Shown in pieces: positions 55,557 through 64,000 of a stretch of 64,000 nt of DNA. The stretch is from positions 51,295 to 115,294 of the forward strand of contig QPMI01000246.1 in NCBI GenBank assembly GCA_004431415.1. Direction: 5' to 3'. The first letter of the stretch is position 1. Every line of letters begins with the position of its first letter. Below the pieces are notes generated by a model, which was not told where the DNA came from, did no database searches, and saw nothing but the letters and a program-made list of their open reading frames with translations. Source of the DNA: Cyanophora paradoxa CCMP329. Taxonomy: Eukaryota; Plantae; Glaucophyta. The translations under genes and the position numbers were made by a program.

Positions 55557-57571
55557 ATGGCGCAGCAGCGGGCGAGGAAGCGCGCACGGACCGAAGCCGC
55601 CGCCAGCTCGTCGACAGAAGCAGGCTCTGTGAGCGCAGCAGTTCCCTCAGCAGTAGCAGTGGAGGCGGAGGCGGGCGTCGCCGGCGAGGGGGACGCGAGC
55701 CAGATCAACCATTTCGAGCGGCTGCCCGACGAGCTCGTTCAGCGAATCTTCATCGAGCTCGAGGCGCTCGAAGCGTACGAGAAGTGTCGGCTGTGGGCCG
55801 TGGACCGGCGCTTCCGGCGGCTTTCGGCGGGCGTTCACTGGCAGCAGCTGCAGATCAAGCCTGGCATATGCATTCTTGAAGGCAACCTCCTGGCACACAT
55901 CGCAGAGTACAGGAGGCGTCTATGTCGTGTCGCAGCCCGCGTTCACAACGGGACGCTTGCGGGCTGCAGGAGGCTCCACGTCGCCCCTGCGTCAGCCTTC
56001 ACATTCCTCTCCAGCGCCACGAAAGAAAGCTTGATGGCAAGCTTCGCCGCCGCCAACGCAATAACAGGTTGGCTCACGATTGCATTGTCGTAGCCGAGCA
56101 GCTGCAGGCACTGACGGGCATTCGCACTCCGCAGAGCTGCTGGGGGCCCTCTCCGTGGCGTCCGCACCGCTGGAGCATGTGCGGTTCATGCTCATCAAAG
56201 AATGGTCGTCGTGGCCTTCCGAAGCCAAACAGCGCGAGCTCGGCATAGGCGCGCCACAGTCGCTGGTGTCCATCGCGCGCGCATTCCAGACAGCTCTGCA
56301 GCCCTCCCGTGTGCGCTCAGTGCGGCTGGAGGGGATTTGGTTCACGGACGCTTTCCTTTCGGCGGCCACTCCAGGATGTCTGCCGCTCGTCCGGGAGCTC
56401 GATATGGACCTTCCAGTGCTTGAATCCGAGCAGACGGTTCGTGCTGAATGATGATGAGAGTAGTCTGCCAATTTGATTCCGGGCCTTCTGACATTGGGCC
56501 TATCCGCAGGCGAAGCTGGCTCGGATCTGGCCCGGCGTGACGAAGCTCTCGTGCAACCTGTGCGACGGGGAGGCGCTCCAGGAGCTCGCCAGTCTCCCGC
56601 TGGAGGAGCTGCGGGTGTCGCTCGGCTCGGATGCTGACCTGGAGGGCGCGCTGAAGGCTCTGAAGGCCGACAGCGTCCGCGCCCTCCGTCTGCCCTGGAA
56701 CGCGGACGAACACAATATGGACGACGAGCCTATCGAGCCCAGCGCCTTCGCCGCCATCCTCTCCCTCCGCCACCTTGAGGAGCTGTCTGGCTGGGTACGC
56801 GTGAGAGCTTTATTCCTCGCTCTTCCTTCAAGGTCGTCGCTGTCCTGACTCGCGTCCCGCGCCCTCCATGGCCAGGTTGGCCTCGGCTCGGCCGACATCC
56901 TCGCGCGTCTGGCCTCTCTGCAGAAGCTGCGTCGCGTCGCCCTGCACCTCGACGTGCGTAGCCTCTGTGAGCTTGTCAACTTCGCGCCCGGTTAACCTGC
57001 GGCGTATGCTTTGCAGGTCTCCGGAGACAGTTCCCCCGAAGATGCCGCCAGACTGCTGCAGGCCGCAGCGTCCGCAGTGGAGGCCGCCCCGCGGCTCGAG
57101 TCGGTTTCCCTGTGGATCATGTCCAGCGGCCGACAGCTGCTGGACTCCGCCGGCCTGGCCCTAGAGTCCCTGATCCGCGCTTCTCAGCCAAATCTAGAGC
57201 TTCTCGCTATCGACGGCGGGCCCCCTTCGCCGAGACTCATGCGGGTAAGCTCAAGATGCAGCGACTGTATTTCATGTTCTTCGAACGACGCCTGATGCTG
57301 CACGCAGGAGGTGGCGCGGGCCGGCCCGAAGCTGGAACGGCTGATTCTCAGACTTGAGCTCACGGATCAAGACGGCATCGACAAGCTCGGCGCCTTCAGT
57401 GAGCTAGCCAGCATGTCGGCCGAGCGGCAAGCCGGCATCGAATTCAGCAGTTCTCTCTCCGTGTGTGTCCCCAGACCACTCCGCGAGCAGGCAGCTAGCA
57501 TCCTCCGCGGCTGGCTCAAAGGACGGACTTTTCCCAACACTGTCTGCGTTAACGGCTGCTCTATACGCTAG
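55557..57571 (+). CDS. F-box/LRR (RNI-like) protein, copy 1
   Basis: F-box INHFERLPDELVQRIFIEL...LWAVDRRFRRLS; degenerate LRRs (LPLEELRVSL, LRHLEELSG, LQKLRRVALHL, PRLESVSLW, PKLERLILRL). Confidence 0.88.
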
Positions 57572-58029
57572 CTGTAGCTTCGACGGTGCACGTGATCGAT
57601 CCCGAAGCTTGAGCTTTAGCCTCGTGCTCTAGATATGTTACCCTTCGATCGATATTGTTTTGAGTTTTCGTGTACATGTCCTAGTGCTGCTTGCAACTGT
57701 GCACTGAGCTCGTAGCTAAAAACTGCAGCGCTAGCGCTAGCTATAGCCTAGGGCTCGCGTTACTTCCGACCTTCTGGGGCGGAGGCATTCGGGTAGGGGG
57801 GGGGGGGGGGGGGGGGCGGAGGAGGAGGAGGAGAGGGGGGCGCACCTTAAAGCTTCAATTCAGTGCTAGTTGATCCGCGCGCACCTTCCCTTGAAGCCAG
57901 TGCTTCAATTCGGGTTAGGTTACTTCCGATGCTCCGGGGCGGGGGGGGAGGGGGAGTGGGAGGGGGGGGGTCGGCAGGTGGAGGGGGGGGGGGGGGGGGG
58001 GCGGCAGGTGGAGGGGGGCGCACCTTCAG

Positions 58030-59926
58030 TTAAGCTAGTTGATCCGGGCGTGAGCAGTTGCAGTTGCGGTGCATGTGCATACGGTTGATCTTGACGACCG
58101 TGTGGTCCTCCTCGGTGCAGACGAAGCAGGGCGGGACCTTCCTTGTGTTCTTGTACCGCCGCTCGACGGCGCCGAGGACGGCGGAGACGACGAAGTTGTA
58201 CGCGTACGAGAAGGCGTTCATGCAGACGAAGTCGAGGAGGGAGACCAGGGCGACGACAAAGCGGCCGAGGGCGCCCCGGCGCTGCCACTGGAGCATCAGG
58301 TCGCGCCAGATCGTCGCCGCCTCGAAGGTGCGCTCGTAGTGGTCGAAGACCGCGCAGAGCGGGTCCATGTCTGCGGGCGCGTCGGCTTGATCCGGCCCGG
58401 GAGGGCGGGCGGGCGGGGCGGGCGGGCGGGCGGGGCGGGGAGGGCGGGGCGCACGCCCGGCGCGGGCGGCGATGGCGTCCCGCACGCCCTTCATGACCCG
58501 CTGCCGCGCGAGGAAGACCTGGTCGTGCGCGAAGCCTGCGGGAGGGCGCGCGGCCTCAGCGCCGCGCGCGAAAGGGAAAAGGGGCCCGGCGGGACTCGAA
58601 CCCAGGTCTCCGACGGCCTCTACGTACGCGGCGACCTCCTCCGTGATCCCGTCCTCCGATACGATACCAGGCGAGACGCTCGACCTCCTGCCGGGGGTAC
58701 GGCGTTCAGCGTCGGGGGGGGGGGGCGACGGGGAGCGAGGGGGGTACACCTGTTGTGGATGGCGTCCTGCGCCTGCTGCGTGGTCTTCGCGAGGAGTAGG
58801 CGCTCGTGCAGCGGCTCGTAACGGCCCCGGATCGGCATACCCGGCTCCGGGTCTGGGGGGGAGAAGGCTTCAGGGGTACGCGGGTTCGGCGCGGGGGTAG
58901 GCCCACCGAGGTCCTCGGGGTCGATCTCCTGCTCCTCGGGGCGGGGGGTACTCTGCTCCGACTCTTCGTCGCTGTCCCCCTCCTCGGGCTCGCCCCTCCC
59001 CCTGTCCTCCTCTGCAGTACCCGGGTCGGGCGGGGCGGGCGGGGCGGGAGAGCGGAGGGGCCGGCGCACCGATCGCGATGGAGACGTGCCCAGCCTCCGC
59101 CCCGCCCCCCCCCGCCGCCGCCGCCCGCTGCTTGCGCACGTACCCCTCCACGTGGTACCCTGCGCACGCCCGCCCGTGAGCGCCCTTCGAAAGGGGCGCC
59201 GGCGGCGCCGGCGCGGGGCGGGCGGCGGGGCGCGCCGTCGCCGTAGAAGTTCTGCGCGAGCCGCTCGATGTCCTCGGCCGCCTGCAGCCCCTGCGCCCCG
59301 TCACGCGGCGGCGCGGCGCCCCGGGCGGGCGCCCCGCGCCGCGCACCGAGTGCAGCGCCTCTGTGACGCGGCGGACGGTCTTCGGGGTCGCGGGCGGGAG
59401 CGCCGGGTCGCCCTGCAGAGCACCCCGCGGCGCCCGCGCCGACTTCCACGACGAGTGCGCCGAGCGGCCCTCCAGGTCCTCGAAGCCCGCCGCGCTGAAC
59501 TCTGCCCCGCCCTCAGCCGCCGCCCGCGGACGCTCGAGGGGCGGCGGGCCGGGCGGCGGGCACCGGAGGGGGCGTACTGGCGCCACTGTTGCACGCGGCC
59601 CTGCCTCACCTCCTCCTCTGCGGGCGGGAACGGGCCTCAGCTGCGCAGCGCGGCTGCGGGCCTCGGCCGAGCGGGCGGAAGGCGGCACCGTCGTCGTGCA
59701 GGAAGTCGGCCGAGGCGGCGACCCGGAAGAACAAGGCTGCGTCCTGCGGCGCCGGCGTGGCCCTGTTTTCCGGGCGCCCAGGCGTCGGCGTCGCGCTGGT
59801 CGCCGAGGTGCCATCGACCTGAATTGTCACGGGCGCGTGTCCGCCCCCGAGGGGCTCCAGCAGCCCGTGCCGCTGCCGATCTGCTGCTTGCTGTGGCGCG
59901 CTTGCGCCCGCGCGGCCCGCCCTCAT
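58030..59926 (-). pseudogene. Truncated duplicate of the glucan synthase 5' exons (no catalytic domain); pseudogene or N-terminal-only product
   Basis: Near-identical to 53462-55291. Homology stops at the donor after ...HTVVKIN; read-through gives RMHMHRNCNCSRPDQLA* at 58030. Confidence 0.8.
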
Positions 59927-60203
59927 CTCCGTGCGCTCGGAGCCTCAAAGCCGGCGGAACTAACCGAGTGGCAGGACAAGGGTGCGGAGCTTTGACCTGC
60001 TGCCTTAAGATGCCAATCTTGCACTTGCAGCTCGCCCGGCATCCTGCTCGGAGGCGCTGGACTCGCTCGAGCGTACCCCCCTTCGAAGTCGCTTACTGTC
60101 GCTAAGCTGTCGCTTGGGCCGCATCCTCGCTGCAGACCGCGCCTACCGTGGCGTAGAGCAGCTCATTTGCAAGCGTTGACCTTGCTCTTGCAGCGGGAGA
60201 GCG

Positions 60204-62213
60204 ATGTCGCAGCAAATTGAGAGGAAGCACGCACGGACCGATGCCGCCGCGGGCTCGTCGACGGAAGCAGGCTCGGTGAGCGCAGCAGGTCCCTCAGCAG
60301 CAGCAACAGTTGAGGCGGAGGCGGGCGGCTCCGGCGAGGTGCACACGAGCCAGATCAACCATTTCGAGCGGCTGCCCGACGAGCTCGTTCAGCGAATCTT
60401 CAGCGAACTCGAGGCGTTCGAAGCGTACGAGAAGTGTCGGCTATGGGCTGTGGACCGGCGCTTCCGGCGGCTTTCGGCGGGCGTTCACTGGCAGCAGCTG
60501 GAGGTCGTGCCTGCAGCTGGACAAGGCGACGACCTGCTGGAAATCATGAAGGATTACAAAAGGCGGCTGTGTCGTGTCGCAGCGCGCGTTCACAACGGGA
60601 CGCTTGCGGGCTGCAGGAGGCTCCACGTCGCCCCTGCGTCCGCCTTCACATTCCCCTCCGGCGCTATCGCTGCTGCCAACATGGCAACAGGCGCGCTCAC
60701 AATTGCATGCATCAGCGACTGCAGCCACTGTGCCGTGGCCGGGCAGGCACTGACGCACGTTCGCAGAGCTGCTGGCGGCCCTGTCCATGGCGCCCGTACC
60801 GCTGGAGCATGTGCGGTTTAGTGGTCAAGAATGGTCAGAATGGCCTTCCGACGCTGAACAGCGCGAGCTCGGCATCGACGAACCGCAGTCGCTGGAGTCC
60901 ATCGCGCGCGCATGTCAGACAGCTCTGCAGCCCGCCCGTGTGCAGTCTGTGCGGCTGGGGGAGTATTCGTTCACGAAGGCCTTCTTTTCCGCGGCTGTTC
61001 CAGGCTGTCTGCCGCACGTCCGGGAGCTCGATCTTCCCGTTGCAGAGCTTGAAACCGAGCTCACGGTTCGTGCTAAATGACGAGCATAGTTTACCGAAAT
61101 CAATCCGGACTCGACCCGCTGACATTGGAACTATGCGCAGGTGAAGCTGGCGCTGGCCTGTCCCGGCGTCAAGAAGCTCTCGTGCAACCTGTGCGACGCG
61201 GCAGCGCTCCAGGAGCTCGCCAGGCTCCCGCTGGAGGAGCTGCGGGCGTCGCTTGACTCGGCTGTCGGCCTGGAGAGCGCATTGAAAGCTCTGAATGCCG
61301 ACAGCGTCCGGGCCCTCCGTCTGCCATGGGACACGGCCGAAGACGACTTGGACGAGCCTATCGAGCCCAGCGTCTTCGCCGCCATTCTCTCCCTCCGCCA
61401 CCTCGAGGAGCTGACGGGCTGGGTAGGCGTGAGAGCTCTATTACTCACTCTTTCTTCAAGGTCGTCGCTGTCCTGACTCGCGTCCCGCGTCCTCCATGGC
61501 CAGGTTGGTCTCGGCTCGGCCGACACCCTCGCGCGTCTGGCGTCTCTGCAGAAGCTGCGGCGCCTCGCCCTGCGCCTCGACGTGCGTAACGTCCGTGAGC
61601 GTGTCCAATTGCGCCAGGCTTACATATGCATGCGGCGTATGCTTTGCAGGTCTCTGGATACAGTACCCCCGGAGATGCCGCCAGACTGCTGCAGGCCGCA
61701 GTGTCCGCAGTGGAGGCCGCCCCGCGGCTCGAGTCGATTTCCCTGTGGGTTGTGTCTAGCGGCCATCAGCTTTTGGACTCCGCCGGCCTGGCCCTAGAGT
61801 CCCTGATCCGCGCATCCCGACCACACCTCGAGTTTCTCAAGATTCGCGGCGGGCCCCCTTCGCCGGGACTAATGCGGGTAAGCTCACGATGCAGCGACTT
61901 TGATTTGTGTTTGTCGACCAATTGCAACGCCTGACGCTGTATGCAGGAGGTCGCGCGGGCCGGCCCGAAGCTCGAACGGCTGATTCTCAGACATAAGCTC
62001 ACGGATCAAGACGGCATCGACAAGCTCGGCGCCTTCAGCGAGCTGGCCAGCATGTCTGCCGAGCGGCGAGCCGGCGACAACTCCAGCAGTTCTCTCGACG
62101 TGCGTGTCCCCAATCCACTTCGCGAGCAGGCGGCCAGCATCCTCCGCGGCTGGCTCACAGGACGGACCCGTCTCGACTCTGTCACCGTTAACTACAATTG
62201 TTTTCTGCTTTAA
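60204..62213 (+). CDS. F-box/LRR (RNI-like) protein, copy 2
   Basis: Same exon structure and F-box (INHFERLPDELVQRIFSEL) as copy 1; stop 62211-62213. Confidence 0.88.
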
Positions 62214-62611
62214 TTAATATCATTTGTTATTTTTAACTTTCATTCTGTCAAAGAAGCGGGCCGGGGGGAACTGGCGGGCGCGCGGGGTTACTGGAGCGGG
62301 CTGCGCGGCGTGCCGCAGCGGGGCTAGCAGCTGGGGGAGATACAGGTGCGCATGCAGATTGCAGGGATCCGCCGCCTGCGCCATCCGGGCCGGCGAGCGG
62401 GCGGGGGCGGAGGGGGGGGGGGGGGGGGGGGGCGGAAGTTGGAGGGGTATGGGAGCGGACTGGCGGAGGGAGACAGATAAGTGGCCTGGCAGAAGGGGGA
62501 GGTGGGGGAGGTGGGGGGGGGGGGGGGGGGGGGATCTGTTCGGCGGGGGAAGGTCGGGAGGAAGGGGCGGTGGGTGGGAGGGAGGGGGGGGGGGGGAGGC
62601 GGTGGCCGCGA

Positions 62612-64000
62612 TCAGCCGCGCAGGTTGGCGAGGAAGAAGAGGCCGGAGGGGTCCCGCCGCAGGGGCCCGGGCCCCCGCGGCCTCCCCGGCTCCGTGCCCC
62701 GCCCCCCGCTCTCGGGCTCGGGCTCGTGCTCCTCCTCGGGGTCGACACCGTGGAGGAGGCTCCAGGGGGCGCGGGAGAGGCCCTGGGCGGAGGAGGCGGA
62801 GCAGGCGGGCCCCGGGCGCTGCGCCTTGGGGGCTCGCCCGCGCATGCCGAGCTCGCGGGCGGCGTCCCGCAGGGCGCGGATGCGGGGGTGCTCCGGGAAG
62901 AAGACGTGCGGGAAGCGCGCGGCGTACTCGTCCGCCGCCGCCCGCAGGTGCGCCGCCGCCTCCGACGAGCGCCCTGCACAACGTCAGCGGAAGCGAGTAG
63001 GAAGAAAGGATGGAGTGCACCGGCGTCGGCGCAGAGGTCGGCGGCGTAGACGTGCGCGTGCGCCAGGAGGGGCGAGACCGCCTGGCCGTCCCAGTCCTGC
63101 GGGGGTACAGTTACATGTACGGACTTCAGTAGCCGGGCGGTAGCGCTAGATCTTGGTGAGCTTCTAGCCGGGCCGGGAGGGCGCGGAGGGCCCCGCCGCG
63201 CCGTTGAGCTCTAGCCGGGCGCGGGCACGCGCTAGATCTGGAGGCGCGGGCCGGCGCGCCTTGAGGAGGAGAAGGAGGATGCGCGTGGCTCCGAGGTGCG
63301 CCAACGGGGACTGCGCACACGCCGCGGTCAGCGGAGCGGTGGGGGGGCGGGCGGGCGGCGGGCGGGCGGGCAGGCGCCGAGCGCGAATCGATTAGAGCCT
63401 CTAAGGAATCCTATAGAATCCTTCTATTAGAAGAATCCTGTAGAATATATTAGAAGCAGAGCGGGGGGCGCGCACGATCCACTTCATGCAGGCGTGCGGG
63501 GAGCAGAGGTCGTGCGCCGGGGACGAAGGGTCCTCCAACTGCGAGGCGAGGCGAAGAAGCGCGGCGTGAGGATATTTAATCGCCGGGACCGAGCGGGCCG
63601 GGCGGGCGCCTGCTTGAGGGCGGCGAGGAAGCGGCGGGTGAGGCCGAGGACGCGGCGCCAGGTGCCCGCCACCTGGTAAGCAAAGGCAAAGGCGATGAGA
63701 AGCGGACCAAGAGTCCTATGAGATGAGATCTACTGGACGCTATTCGAAATCCTAGAATCTGTTGGGACGCGGCGCCGGGTGCCCCTCACCTCGCACGCGA
63801 ATGCCACCTCTTGCAGGGCCGAGGGCAGCAAGTGCCTGCGCGCGATTAGATTTTATTTTTAGAGCCCATTCGAGGATCCTTTTCAAGGAATCTTTGGGGT
63901 TTCTAATGGGCGGACGTTCTAATAGCCTAGGCCTATCAAAAATCCTATTAGAAGCCTAAGGCAGCAGGTCGGGCGGGAGAGAGTCGGTCGGTCGGGCGGG
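62612..64000 (-). CDS. 3' part of an unidentified multi-exon gene entering from the right edge
   Basis: Exons VAGTWRRVLGLTRRFLAALKQ, LEDPSSPAHDLCSPHAC, DWDGQAVSPLLAHAHVYAADLCAD and RSSEAAAHLRAAADEYAARFPHVFFPEHPRIRALRDAARELG...LANLRG* with CAG acceptors. Confidence 0.55.

Larger units (their letters stand above)
53462..62200. repeat. Tandem segmental duplication (~4.6 kb period): 53462-~57550 repeated at 58081-~62190
   Basis: Long near-identical sequence, e.g. acggttgatcttgacgaccgtgtggtcc at 53462 and 58081. F-box start codons at 55557 and 60204. Confidence 0.97.

Noticed and set aside
57790-58025. Poly-G tracts as telomeric or functional repeat
   Set aside because: They are irregular homopolymer filler at the duplication junction, and run lengths are unreliable.

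Overview
This is intron-dense eukaryotic nuclear DNA, mostly very GC-rich. It probably comes from a plastid-bearing alga: two genes start with Phe-containing transit-peptide-like leaders (MAPAF, MEAAF) as in glaucophytes and red algae, but the organism call is inference only. About 17 loci could be reconstructed by hand-splicing: a giant ~8x CUB-domain type I membrane protein, a degraded paralogous receptor locus interrupted by a probable LINE 3' fragment, a DUF4062-NACHT (NWD/TEP1-type STAND) NTPase, a small plastid-targeted orphan, ORC6, a plastid DUF21-CBS-CorC (CNNM) Mg transporter, a myristoylated DnaJ-type zinc-finger protein, two convergent thioredoxins, a SWIM zinc-finger protein, a low-complexity orphan, a third type I membrane protein, a 13 kb GT48 1,3-beta-glucan synthase, a ~4.6 kb tandem duplication (glucan synthase 5' part plus an F-box/LRR gene) and a partial gene at the right edge. 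Four observations stand out. (1) The STAND NTPase ends in a dynein-like stalk and microtubule-binding domain instead of WD40 repeats. (2) The twin F-box/LRR genes differ mainly at LRR beta-strand surface positions. (3) Introns repeatedly carry degenerate 'echo' copies of their own splice junctions, some of which form new in-frame exons or introns. (4) Duplicated and non-coding DNA shows a TpA-generating (RIP-like) mutation bias, alongside many GC-AG introns. All exon boundaries were read by eye, and domain calls rest on recalled family motifs, not database searches.
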